A stretch of DNA of 63,922 nt, counting the filler, from Ionaspis alba (lineage: Eukaryota), in NCBI GenBank assembly GCA_964255285.1. It is 3 parts of 3 records of this genome, joined end to end, with 100 filler letters (N's around TTAATTAATTAA, not from the genome) between each part and the next. Parts side by side here need not be neighbours in the genome. Positions count along the whole stretch, not along the records: positions 22,280 to 44,454 come from CAXUUL010000213.1; positions 44,555 to 63,922 come from CAXUUL010000268.1; 1 more part is not named here. One strand, written 5' to 3'. The translations under genes and the position numbers were made by a program. How positions within the stretch are numbered: the stretch's first letter is position 1; the number at the start of each line of letters is the position of its first letter. The notes under the pieces were generated by a model. The model saw only the letters and a list, made by a program, of their open reading frames with translations, searched no databases and was not told where the DNA came from. Shown here piece by piece: positions 39,317 through 52,169 of this stretch.

Positions 39317-40683
39317 CTTTGAGGACATATTGGTCGGATCACTTGTCTGATCTTGAAGTATCGAGGATAAAAGAGACTTGTAAAGTGCTGATAGGCCACA
39401 GGTTGTAGAAATGGAAGGACATCTCCTACCTTCTTATACATTCCGCTCCATTGCACCGACCGTTCTTTCAACGGCAAAAGCGGAGCAAATTTCACAGTCC
39501 ACAGTGTTCGCTGTCATGAAAATGCTCAAACACGCTCATGTAGAAGCGGATTCGATGCGCTGGCTGGCGCCATATGCTGCAGACGATGGGAAATTCCTAC
39601 CCCTATAACACGATATCGGGCATGCGATTGGTCAATTGAAACCCTGGATGCTAGAGACACATTGAAAAATGCTTGAGTGATTCCACCATGCTTCATTTTC
39701 ACTCCATCAGGCATGGATTCGATGTGTGAAGGAATCAGATAGCTCGTTGTGAAATAGGCAGCCATCTCTGTACCTTGCCAAAGCACATGAGATCAAGCCG
39801 AGAAATAAGATCTTGGAAAGCGCCACAACATCCTCTGCTAGGAAAGGCGATCCTTACTGGTACATGTGTAACGGCAGTAATTCCTTATACTTTAGGCAGA
39901 AACATTTCGGACCTCCTGCTGCGGAATCATGGAGGATAAGGACGTGCCTCGAACTCAATGAAAGATCTGTTCTATAGCTCAAACTACTCTTGGGTAGTTT
40001 CCAATCTGAAGTAANNNNNNNNNNNNNNNNNNNNNNNNNNNNNNNNNNNNNNNNNNNNNNNNNNNNNNNNNNNNNNNNNNNNNNNNNNNNNNNNNNNNNN
40101 NNNNNNNNNNNNNNGAAAGATCTGTTCTATAGCTCAAACTACTCTTGGGTAGTTTCCAATCTGAAGTAAAAGGAAAGAGGGATGAAGAGTAATGAAAGTC
40201 TACACTACATCAAAACAAGAGTCGCTGTGAGGTAAACAATCACACGCGTGCCAAGATAATTGATACACCAAAAAGTGGGTGTTCCCATAAACATTATTTA
40301 CGACGGGCGGGCTCCCCGACTAATCCACCTAAAATCTGCTTCGTTCCAGGCTGAGCGAGCTAAATATCCGGTTTAGTGTACTATATAATATGGCAACCGT
40401 GTGACATTAATGTTAGAAACGTGACGCAAATTAGCCGAAGACTAACTCGAACGGGAAAGAATCCTCAGCCGCATCTATATGTTGGATGAATAGATGTGTT
40501 AGGCACCTACTTCATGCAGCAAGCAGCTTTACTCACAACGCGGTTCCTTCCTATGCAAAGCTAGAAACTGCATCTCAAATGTGTTAATTACAAACCCATT
40601 CACACAAGTCGTGCCTCATACTCAAAGCAGCCTCAGTCAATCAACAATAGAGTCAGGCGAAGCCCGCCCTCATACAAGCCGGA

Positions 40684-41994
40684 TCAGCGACCCGTCTGCT
40701 GCCGGGCAATCTCCTGTCGAAAAGCGTTTTGCCCATCCCTGCCCTGCTCGAAGTTCTCCCTAGCCGGACTATTCACCAGACTTCCCAAACTCTCGTCCCG
40801 AGTATGGGCCTGAAACCTCCTTTCCGATTCCTCAGCTGCCACTGGATCATCTCTGAAAATTGAACCTCTCGGAGGATTGACCTCGCGCTCTTGTAGACGG
40901 ATCCCCCCTCCTTTGCCCATTCTTTGCCGACGCGACTTTCCCACCCCATATCCTTTCTTCCGCCCCGCAAGACCTTTGATGTCGATCTTCCTGTGCTTTC
41001 TCATTCCAATGCAGAGACCGCAGAGAATCAGAGCCACGAAGCCAAGGCCTACGGGAATGCCGATGAAAATACCCAATTTGTTTGGGTTTGAGGGTGGTGG
41101 AGGTGGATAGTGGACGGCTGGGGCGTTCGTCAGAGTGATGATTGGGCCAGCAGAACGATCGGCTTCCTTTTTGAGGAAGGGGTCGTATTGAACCATTGTC
41201 AGAGATAGATTCACACGAGCGTTATCGTGCAGCCAATCTCGGTTCATCGTCGTAGTGATGAACCCGATGTTCTTGGGAGTCGGGTCGGAGTGGAAGGCAT
41301 TCTGGCCGCTGATTCCGGTCACGTTGACGTAGTCTATGAGAACGGTGACAGTAATGTTCGGGGAGGAGAACTCGGCGACGTCCCATGTTACTGCAGGATG
41401 TTAGCATCGATCGAGGTAGTGCGAAAGTTTGTGGGTCTTTACTATAATAGGTCTGGTCGACGTAGACCTCGGTGTTGTTCTTAGGCTCGCAGAACGGTGG
41501 GAAGTGTCCCACAGTATCTTTGCTGCATCTTGGGGTATTGAGATCTGGTGGAACCGTAGGAGTGGCAGAACTCGAATCAGATGGGCTTGTTGTCGTAGCA
41601 GAGTCCGATTCGACAGTACCGCTGGAAGTAGCATCGGTAGTAGCGTCAACGCTCGGGCTCGTGGTGGGAGTTGTGGTTGTCAACGCAGTTATGGAGCCAG
41701 TGTTCAAGGTGGAAGTGGCAGAGGGCACCGCGGTTGCAGAGACGGTGGTAGACCCAATTGACGAAGCTGAGTATGAAGAAAAGGATTAGCTCTTAATTCC
41801 TTTATCCTTTGTTGGAGGCGTGTTTGATCGATTGCGGTGGAAAGTGTGGTTTTTGCAAGCTCAATTGGAGACTCACAGCTTGAATCAGCTCGAGGATTTA
41901 CTGGACTCGAGAAAACAATGCCAAAGAGTGTTACCGATATTGCTACCGCCAGAAGTGCACGAATCGGAAGACTCGAGGAATTATGAATTCGCAT
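40684..41994 (-). CDS. Single-pass secretory-pathway membrane protein, Psg1/DUF4448-like
   Basis: Signal peptide, Ser/Thr-rich stalk, PFCEPKNNTEVYVDQTYY/TWD motif, TM helix LGIFIGIPVGLGFVALILCGLCIG, basic tail with GYGVGKSRRQR. Confidence 0.75.
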
Positions 41995-42437
41995 GTTTGT
42001 TGTTGAGGGGTAAAGAACGAGTTAGGTCTCGAGCAGCCCTCCGAGGTCTGATAGGGTCAATTGAGCAGAACGAGAGGCCAGGCGTCAGTGAGCCATAACG
42101 AAAGACGAGTGTCTGAACGAGTGTATACTAGTATGCAGTACTAACTACCTCGAAAAACCGCATGAAAGATAATTGTGATTAAAGCGAGGGAGGAGGACTC
42201 CCACCAATCAAAAGCACCCAGCGCCCGCGACAGGCTAGCGCGTTACACGAGCTCTAGCGTGAACGCATAGGGGGATCAGCAAAGATCAAGGCATCAATTA
42301 GGCAATCTCCGCGATCTTCACGTCTAGACGCCGAGCATCTTCATACTTCTCGTCGCTCCTTATCATTCAATTACCTTCCACAGTCCTCTCTGCTCGTCAT
42401 CAACCATCCCATCAACGCCCCGTTCCTCACCAGAGCC

Positions 42438-43317
42438 ATGCACGTCACTACTGCCCTCCTCCTCGCCCTCTCCGCTGCGGCATACGCCGATACCCAGTCC
42501 CCTCTCGGCTCCTTCGCTCCAACGCTGCAGACCTGGTTCGAAAAAGCCAAATCCTATATCCCCTCTGCCGTCACCTCGCCCATCGACGCCGGCGCTTCAA
42601 AAGTCGCAGCCAAAAATGTCGTTTCCCTGACAAAAGAAAACTGGGCTAGCACCTTGACGCCCTCCGCCTCTACCAGCGCCGCAAGCGGCCCTGAGAACTG
42701 GATGGTTCTGATAAGCGGTGGCAACAAGACCTGTGGCGGACATTGCGCACAGCTAGAGAGGTCTTTCAACGAGAGCGCAGCGCTCTTCTCAGCGGATCCT
42801 ACGGCACCGAACCTAGGCTACGTGGACTGCGATAACAACAAAGTGTTGTGCTCAACATGGCTGGCAGGCCCGCCAGCGGTGTGGTATATCCAGCTACCTG
42901 TTTCCGAGAAGGGACAGAGCAAGGCGGCCACGACGATCCATATCGTTCCTCTGAACACGACGACCGTGACAACGCAGGAGATTGTGGCGATCCATAGCAA
43001 GAAGACGTATGCGGAGAAAGGGACTGTTTACGAGGGCATGTTCCATCCGTTTGATGGCGTGTTGGCGCAATTTGGCGTGAATATGATATTGGGATACCTC
43101 TTGGTTGGATTTTCGTTGATCCCGAGCTGGACATTCATGATCTTGATTAGTTTTGTTACGAGGAACTTGATGTTAGTAAAGGGGAGATAGTATGGTGCGA
43201 ATGCATGCTGACACTTGGGATAGGAACCGCAGAATTGGCAATCCTCGTGTTGCGGAGGCAGAGCGGCAGCGTCGCAGTCAGCCCCAGGGTGGTGCCCCCG
43301 CCGCCAACGAGGGCTAG
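42438..43317 (+). CDS. Membrane-anchored thioredoxin-like protein (signal peptide, CGGHC motif, C-terminal TM)
   Basis: VVSLTKENW, NWMVLISGGNKTCGGHC, LGYVDCD thioredoxin-fold motifs; short last exon NRRIGNPR...ANEG* after an intron at about 43172-43222. Confidence 0.82.
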
Positions 43318-44554
43318 AATCGACGTTTGAATTCAAAGCATTCTCATTAGTCTACGTGTTGTTCAAAATGCTGAAGAGAAAAGATCATAAGCAATGCTCA
43401 AACTACCTAGACTAACGTATAGTTGGAGTTGCCGTAAGTCGACGATATAAGTCGAGATTCTGGGCAGAGACTCTCTGTTAATTGTTCTCTAATGGTGCTT
43501 TTTGGCTTCCGATTCAGCCAAACGTTTGGTTCTCTCCTCCTTTCCTTTCTGATATCCGGTCGCCCAAACGGTCTTAGTCTTTTCCTTATTCCCGTGCAAG
43601 ATTGCAGGCGGCCTTCCTCTATATACATATTAGTTAGTGCCAAAATTGGATTCAAAACGTGGAACGATACTTACTATCTCATCGTTCTGAAAAAACCCCC
43701 CCCAACTTCTCTTCTCCCAGTCTCCCCTTCTCCCTTCTTCTCCTTCTGCTTCTCCTCATTCTCCTTCTTCTTATGCCCTTTTATTGTTTTAGTAATGCGA
43801 GAGGCTTCGACGGAAGATTGTTCTTCGCCGGTGCCATCTCTATATATATATATATTAGAATACTCCTGGAATCAAATCACGGAGACCTCTAAAAAGAGAG
43901 AGAGAAAGGGCTCGATTTTACAATTATTTGAACCACTGACTACGACAGTCGATTCTTCCTTCAACTGTTAGCCTAAGATGTCTCAATCGGGAGAGGGGGG
44001 GGCGCTTCTTGGCTGTCCTATTTAATGCGTAGATGTTGACGCCCCCTCGTTCGTCTTCACGTTAACGGAAAATCGGCACCCGATTCGGGACAAGCAGTAG
44101 TTGCTTAAAATGTAACCAAAACAAAGTACAAACCACAGCACTATTTTTTGATTCGAGATTTTTATATATTGTCAAAAAACAGCCGGATATTGAAAGGTTT
44201 TCAGAAGCTTTCAATAACACATTCACAATATTTGCGAGCTCGTTTTATGAAATCGTCTGAATCGCGAATATGCCGACTTTCTATAACAACCAACGCCTTT
44301 TTGAAGTTATTGAACGCTTGACCACCAGTATCAACGATTTTAAAATCGATGTCAACACTATAAGGGCTGATATTAACACTATGAGGACTGATATAGCAGA
44401 TTTGATGCTCTTGAGCTTCGTATGAAAGCAGAATCAGCCTATTCCTCCCCATTTNNNNNNNNNNNNNNNNNNNNNNNNNNNNNNNNNNNNNNNNNNNNTT
44501 AATTAATTAANNNNNNNNNNNNNNNNNNNNNNNNNNNNNNNNNNNNNNNNNNNN

Positions 44555-44769
44555 AAATATGGGCCCATGACACCTATTGGGAAGAGTGGAGGCGGCTCGG
44601 CCACCTCTACCACGGGTGGAGGGCCTGAATATGGCGGAGGTGGTCCCACAGGTCTGACAAAATAGTTGATTCCCCATGGGTGGAAGGGGAGGCCGGGTTG
44701 TGGGGCTCGACCGCCAAAGGGGACGAGGCCGTCGCTGGTGAAGAAGTGGTGCCTCTCGTTGGGAGGCAT
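44555..44769 (-). CDS. Proline-rich hypothetical protein, N-terminal fragment running into an artificial contig join
   Basis: ATG-initiated ORF MPPNERHHFFTSDGLVPFGG...PPPPYSGPPP open up to the gap; no recognisable domain. Confidence 0.35.
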
Positions 44770-45373
44770 GAATTCTTGTTGTGGAGAGCGTGATGGCGAG
44801 GTTATCTGTGGTATGGTTTGAGGGAAAAGGCACGGTTGAGCGAAAAGAGACGACAGATCAAAGCTACAGAGCAGCTGTTCTTCAAGCCAAGTACAGGAGA
44901 TCTTATGCAGCAGTCTTGGTTTTGAAGTCTGTAGAGTGCCAGAAAGACAGAACCGTGTGGATGGATTGTAGAAAAGAAGGATCGCTGCAACAAGAAAAAG
45001 TGGGCTTTTTATCCCTTCGCAAGTCAGTCACAGCATCCCATTGACTGCCTGAGATGAGTCCTTCAAAAAGCCAATCCCATGGTCGGTGACCAAGATTTCA
45101 GGGAAGACGCAGTACGTGAATGCCATGCCGACCACAAGAACGATCAGGGGAGTAATTGAAAGGGCAAAAACAGCAGTGGTACAGACGGTGAATTGAAAAA
45201 AAATGAGCAGGAACTTTCAACGGGGCCTATCATATCATGAGGAGTTCAGTCATGCAAAACAATCCCACCAGAGCGAATACTCATACAAAATAAAGGGAAT
45301 GAAAATGCGTCATGCCTACCAGGCGAGACCTTCGCACAATGATGCATATTGGGTATCAACTAATCATACAATC

Positions 45374-48300
45374 CTAGCCACCAGTAATGATAGCAAGGCC
45401 CTCATATATTCTGCGCTTGACAGCCTGGAACGAGCCTTCCTGACCTCGATCCATAATTGGTGGTAATCGAAGACCTCCGCCTTCAACCTCAATGTGCCCA
45501 GTGGTCGATTTACGCACAGCCACAAGTTCATCGATGACGAGAGTTCCTTCGCCCCGAAACTCAGCGGCATGGCCAGACGACTGCAAGATTCTGCGCAGAT
45601 CGGCCAGTCGAAGATCTCCAACGTGGAGTGGTTGAGCGACCGAGTGAGTGGTGATGGCCATACTGGAAGGTACGACATCGAGTGTGGGAACCAAGTTCGC
45701 AGTCGGTATGGATGCTACTTGCTCATCTCCTCCTTTGGAAGTCTCGATCTCTTCCTTTAATAACTTCTGCCGCTTTCGCGATAGAGGTTCAATCTGTGTT
45801 GGCTGATTCGGCACTGTGGCAGCTAAGCAGCCAGTGAGAGTCACAACTCCAAGACCCTTGACATTCTGCCAATGCAGTCTTCTTACGAGAGCCTCTCCCA
45901 GCTTGACCGTCCAGGCATTAGTGTCCATGCTCGCGCTGACCGTTTCACCGATCACAGGCGTCAAAATAGCATCCATGGTGCCGGAGTCGGACCCTGTAGT
46001 CGAATTCAACTTGTTTTTACATTCCTCGGCCAACCAATTCGTCTCGGATTGAGTACCTCCTACAAGAACAATCTTACGTGGCTGGATTAGAGGTATCAAC
46101 ATCGATAGACTTCGCTGGTCGTGTAGACCGGCTAGATCCACGTGCGCAATCCGGAGGTTGACTTTTATCGTACTCTCCTTATATGTGAGTTTCGAAGGTC
46201 CGATCGTAGCCTCCTCGACATCTGAATCCGAGTCGGAAGTCGGGAAGTCATCCGAGTCATGATCGTTGGCTTGATTCCTGTTGGTACCATTTAGGGCACC
46301 ATCCATCCCGGTCTTCTGGCGTTTTGTGGCTCCGCCAATAGCTCGATCTTCTTGGCCAGAGCGCAACGAGTCCTCCCATTTCCTCTTCTGACCAAGTCCG
46401 CCGTGCTTGCCACTATTCCCGTCTCGCATATCCTTGCCATCAACCTCGTCTCGCTCTTCCGCTCTGAGGTAATCCTCAGGTCGAATAAGTTCACCGAAGT
46501 CGTCCGCTCGTCTTCTCTTAGTGGCATATGGAAACATGCTTTCGCGGCCTTTCTTGCCTCGAACGTCATAGTCGTAGACTCCTGGTTGTCGGAGCAGAAC
46601 ATTCACTCCAAGGACCTCTTTGTTGCCGCCCGACTTGTTCCGGTTCGCTTGTGCAAGGGTGGCCGATATGTTGAGGGCTTTCCCCTGCCGTTCCGGATCT
46701 GACTCATCGGTCGAAGAAGAGCTGGTAGATGAAGAGTCGTCGATAGCGTCTGCAGAAGTTTCAAGTGCAGTCGCACCACCAGATTGTGCACTTTGAAGTT
46801 GCCGTTCTGAGGCAAGATACTGCTGATAGATTGAGAGTTCTTTACCTTGCAAAGGTGTACGCAGGGCGTCTAGGACTGGTAAATCTCTACCATCGGTATA
46901 GACTTGCTCGAAACTTTGGCCACCAGAGCCTGTCTCTAGAGCAACGCCATCTCTGCGTTCTTGATACCATTGCCACAAAGTCCGACTGATAATCTGAGGT
47001 GTCTCTTCATCATTGGGCTGTGCCGTAAAGTAATTATCCGTCAGAATGACCAGGCTTTGTGGATCTTCAGATATCTGTCGTAATACATCCTTGGAGAAGC
47101 CCCATGCCAGTGATGTGTCGCTGGCTAGTATCACTTTCGGTGACTTCTTCAATAATATTCTCTCAACCTGAGATTTCCGTTCTACCAGCTTCAGCGATTT
47201 GAATTCGAAGGGTCCACCAGAACTTTCGACAACTCTCCCACCTGCTTTTAGCTGTTCCTGTTGATTGCGGGTCTGCTTGCTATCGGTACGTTTGTGTTGT
47301 TTGCTGCTGGAGTTCGCTGCTTCGGCTTCAAACTCTCGTACAATGTTTTCATCCATCCATTCGAGCATACTTCTTGCGTATCTCATTGTCGCGCCCACAT
47401 TTCGGCTCGCCAGGTAGAGTTTGGCATTCTTTAAGGGGCTGTCCTTGGAGGTGCTTGTCTCTCGTTGCCAAGCATGATCGAGAAGATATGCTAATTCGAG
47501 CACTCTAGCGCTTGTATCGGTTGGGATGAGCACTGTCCCTCCTTTGCCCACCGTCTTTCGTATCATGTCGAGTAGTAGCTCATCTCGTCTCTGCCGCCCA
47601 CCACTCAAGCCGGGTTTTTCCACACCTTTCGTGCTGCATATCAATGCTGTTGGCTTCCGTAGCTGCTCAATGACTTCTGCACCACCTGTGCTGGACCGAC
47701 CCAACCAAGCAGCCCCGCTGAAAACGTTCTCCCTTGCATGATTCCAGTCGACTGCGTAGACCACGGATTCCATTCCATGCTGTATGTGCCATATTGTTCC
47801 TCCCAAGGTATGCCCCGCATTGTATGCCGTTATGGTCAATCCATTGAGGGACGGAGAGAATGGTGATGGTAGTGGCTGGTGGGGTTGAGAGTACTTGAGG
47901 GGGTTTATCAGTGAGAAATATGAGGCGATCTCTTCTGAGGTTGGAGGTTGAAGAAGTATCTGTAGACTTTCATCTGAATGCGAAGTCGAATAAGAGAACG
48001 ACGACTCAGATAGAGTGCTCTTAGGTATAACCGTCGATGCTAGCGGCGTGGAGGAATAGATGTCTTGTAGCAGAGTCCGGCCAAGGGAGATGACAGGTGT
48101 TGTCGCGTAGATTGGGATCTGGGTAAAGAGTGGGAAATGTTTGCAGCAGTGGGCAAATGCGGCGATATGGGAAGAGGTCGCATGAGTAAGGAGGATGAGG
48201 GAAAGTGTAGGAATATGCCTGTTGATGTAGGTTAGTCTTTATATCTTCATGAGTTGAGGATGAATAGTACTGTTCCAAGCTCTTCAGCTGCTCGGCATCG

Positions 48301-48416
48301 AAATTGGCGTCCCATCCTACATCCACCAACACCTTGACACCACCTTCAAATTCGAGGAGAGACTGCGAAGCAGGTGAGGTTGACTGCGCCCCTAACAAAG
48401 GGGTGAAGTTGAACAT
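45374..48416 (-). CDS. CFT2: Cleavage and polyadenylation specificity factor subunit 2 (CPSF100), metallo-beta-lactamase/beta-CASP fold
   Basis: MFNFTPLLGAQS..SQSLLE..GGVKVLVDVGWD, LILLTHATSSHIAA, ITAYNAGHTLGGTIWHI, VYAVDWN, LHVGDLRLADLRR..AEFRGEGTL. Confidence 0.96.
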
Positions 48417-48613
48417 TATAGAGGCATTCTGTCACGTTGGAAAATGCATTATGTGCATCTGTTAGGTTTCAAGCATCTTGCCTGTTCTACGGTTCTGATG
48501 CTCTGCAAACCAAGCCCATCGATGCGGTTGCTGACACCGGGAATTGCAGCAAAACTGTCAGTCACGTCGAACAGCTTCACGCATCCTGAAGCAGCCGAGG
48601 GACCGAAACTGTG

Positions 48614-50130
48614 ATGGAANNNNNNNNNNNNNNNNNNNNNNNNNNNNNNNNNNNNNNNNNNNNNNNNNNNNNNNNNNNNNNNNNNNNNNNNNNNNNNNNN
48701 NNNNNNNNNNNNNNNNNNNGGTGAAGGCAGTAAGTCGGTCGTTCATGAAATTCAGAGACTCGGGCTGATTGAGCTACCTTTGTAGCCTACGGTATCGTCT
48801 ATCGTGCACGAGACCGCACCACAAGCAAAACCGTTGCACTGAAGCAAGTCCGACTGTCTGCAGACGAGCGCCAGAACGGTATACCAATTACCGCGCTCCG
48901 AGAGATCTCCATCCTCCGCTCCCTCGATCACGAAAATATTGTCAATGTGCTAGACGTCGCTGTGGGAAGTAATGGTCCGGACGAAATATACATGGTCATG
49001 GAATACGCCGAGCAGGTTGGTTGCCTGAGACTATCCAAAGAAAATAGGCGCATCTAGCTGGCTTATGTTTCCTCTGCCTCTTAGGTAGGGGAATTTGCCG
49101 GTTTTCGTGATGTTCTAGGACATGGCAAATCTTCTGGATGAGTTGAATGTCAAGTTCAGCTTGAGTCAAGGTTGGTCATGGCTATAAAATGGGATTGGCT
49201 ATCGTGCTGATGAAGGTGGTTCAGTCAAATGTCTCTTTCGTCAGGTGCTCGAAGCACTGGAATATCTCCATAAACATGATATCATTCACAGGTGTTATAT
49301 ACCTTGGACCTCAATTCGTATAGGCTGTGCTGAACAGTTTCCCCAGAGACGTCAAGATGCAGAATTTATTGCTTACCGCCAGGGGAGTCGTGAAACTGGG
49401 TAAAACATCTTCGACAATACGTCCACGGTAGGCTGACTCGTTCACAGCGGACTTTGGAATGGCTCGAGAGTATAGCGATCGACCATTGACTCCAGGCGTG
49501 GTAACGATCTGGTATCGCGCTCCAGAACTGCTTCTTGGTACCAAATACTATACACCTGCTGTCGATATATGGTCAGCTGGTCTCATACTGGCTGAGCTCC
49601 TTCTCAGTGCTCCATGTTTGACAGGAGAGACGCCCCTAGAACAACTGTCCCTAATAGTGAAACTACTGGGTTCGCCCACTCCCGAAGACATCGCAGCTTT
49701 GACTGCCATGGGCTGTCCAGAGCTGGTGCGTTGGAGGCGGGAAACATCATCGGGTCGTGTAGACAATCTCGAACGAAGGTTCCATACAGACACTTCTGTA
49801 GAGACGGTGGGCTTCTTAAGAGGCATACTGAAGTGGGATCCAGGAGCAAGGTGGACCGCGGCAGAAGCTTTGGGCCATGCGAAAAGCAAATATGCAAAGG
49901 GTGGCGAGCTGTGGTGGAAGGAGAGCCCGCGAGCAATCGATAAAGAGCTTCTGCCGACCTTTCCAGAAGTGAGGAACGGTGTGGCGGTGGGTATGACGCG
50001 ACGGGACAAGGAAGATCACATTGCAACAACGGGGAACTCCCCGAGTGGTGCTAAAGATCATGGGTACGTCTTTGACTTTGACGGTCCGGAATCAGTGAGG
50101 CGTCCTGCGAAGAGGCATCGCGGTATTTGA
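48614..50130 (+). CDS. Cyclin-dependent protein kinase, CDK10/CDK11-like, multi-exon; start uncertain (gap 48620-48719)
   Basis: Spliced GEG/TYGIVYRARD..VALKQV, GIPITALREISILRSL, IIHR/DVKMQNLL, VKL/ADFGMAR, LTPGVVTIWYRAPELLLG. Confidence 0.9.
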
Positions 50131-50921
50131 GACATTTTATGATAGTATTTCATCTTTGGCAGACACGTGCCCCCAGCGATTCGGTGCTTATGGGATAGCG
50201 AAGCTTTCCAGCTTAAATGATTTCCACAAAGCTGACGGCGCTAACAAACCTGTCATAACACGCGCCATCCATGACCTCTCGATGCTTGGTCTTTACATGC
50301 ATTTGTTCTTGAAACCCCCTGTGTCATCATGCAAACCACCAGACTGCCTTATGCTTCTAGAAAGACTCACCAACCCTGCCGTCTGCACATGTAAGGAACA
50401 GTTGCATGAGATCCTCGCCATCTCCGCACCCTGCAGCATATTCGTACTCGAGCACTCCCTGACAGTAGGACGAACAAGGCTGGAGTTCTTGAATGATAGA
50501 ATTGTTAAGACAATCATTGGTGCCTCTCGAGGATCACAGCAGCTGCGCTACATGATGCGCCAAGAAGAGCACGGAGCTGGACGCGGCGTGGATGATTCAG
50601 CTTCGCGATACTCCGTACCTTACAATTCTACTCCCCCCACATGCTCCATCAGTAGAGGAGTCTTGAAAAAAGAAATCCCTTCAGTCATCGCATGAATCGA
50701 CATGAAAATGATGATCATGACAAAGGTATACCCACAGCCAAGAGAAAAGGAAATATTGAAATTCAAGTCTAGGCGATCTCATGTGGCTCTTGTCTATCTC
50801 CGAGGAAGAGCTTAACCCCAAACGGAGCCTTGGAACCGAGGCGTCAGACCAATTTAGCTACCGCACTTAAGCGCGCCAAGCCAGCAGGGAAGGGAGGTAT
50901 GGCATAGCTCCCAATGAGCCA

Positions 50922-51415
50922 AAAACGTGCCCCCCATCCGCCATTGTGATTGGTCCATTTGCACGACCTGCGAAACTTGCAATTCAACAACATGCAAAAA
51001 GGCTCGAAGTTTTCACAGCCAACCCATCACCCCCAGAACAGCGCCGAAATTGCCACTTAGCATGGCGAATCAGTCCCCTTCGAGTGACCCTCTACCGAAG
51101 GAAAAGCCTTCGCCTGCAAGGACATGCGTCGCTGCACCCCCCGCTGCAGTGAGACTCGTAGCTGACCGACACGCTGGAACCAAAATGTCCTGTATTACCC
51201 CCCTCCCCCCATTGCCACGATGTGACCGTTGCCTCCTCCTGTCCCTCCGACAAAACGAGTCTCCATAGTAGTGACATAGCGAGACGGATGTTGGTGACGA
51301 TCTCGATCATCGATGACACCGAAGACGAATTTGATAGTGGACCGGAGTAGTGTGTACGAAGTAGAAAATCAAATCATTCACGACGGCAAAGCGGACACCG
51401 GCACGAGCACGTTTT
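50922..51415. promoter_or_regulatory. Two Pho4/NUC-1-type bHLH sites (GCACGTTTT) in inverted orientation upstream of PHO84
   Basis: AAAACGTGC at 50922-50930 and GCACGTTTT at 51407-51415; CACGTT is the known lower-affinity Pho4 element. Confidence 0.5.
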
Positions 51416-52169
51416 CCAANNNNNNNNNNNNNNNNNNNNNNNNNNNNNNNNNNNNNNNNNNNNNNNNNNNNNNNNNNNNNNNNNNNNNNNNNNNNNNNNN
51501 NNNNNNNNNNNNNNNNNNNGAAAGGGCATCCGCGAGACATCCATGCCGCACACTGTCTATCAAACGATTGGAGTAGCCGACAAGCTGGTAGGAGAGAATA
51601 GAAAGCTTCCATAGCTTCCTAGCATTGTTACTGTCGAGCACTGGCCGTAAATGCTAACGCGGCTGGGGTGGGGGGTTGTGCACACATGCGCAAGGGATTG
51701 CACACAAAGGGACTGAAGCACGGGGAAACCATGCAGGCAGCCATTGGCTCGAAATGCACCGAGCAACCTCCAGCTCGCAAGCCAGCACGATGGAACCCAG
51801 CAATGGCGAATGACCATCGCCCGGGATTCGATGGTTGGCTTTCCCCCGGTGCTGGGTCGAAGGGTGGGCAGAATCCGTCGTCCTTTTTTCCCTTTCGAGC
51901 CCCGTAGCCGATTCGATCTTGCCTGGATCACTGGACATATGGACGGGCCCGCACTATGAGCCGATAGAGTTGGGACTGGCGTGGGAATCTTGACCCGTCT
52001 ACCCATATATTTCAAAAGCATGCTCCCCATGCACCTTCCCTTCCTCTTCTTCGTCACTCCTGCAAACCTCACTTGCATACACCTACTGAGGTTCCTTTCT
52101 TTCAGTAGCTATTGATTGACCCTTTCGTATTTCGTTTCCTTGTTCTATTGGAATAGTTTGCTCGCCGTC

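Noticed and set aside
50156..50695. 179-aa ORF downstream of the CDK
   Set aside because: TTG start and no recognisable family; unsupported.
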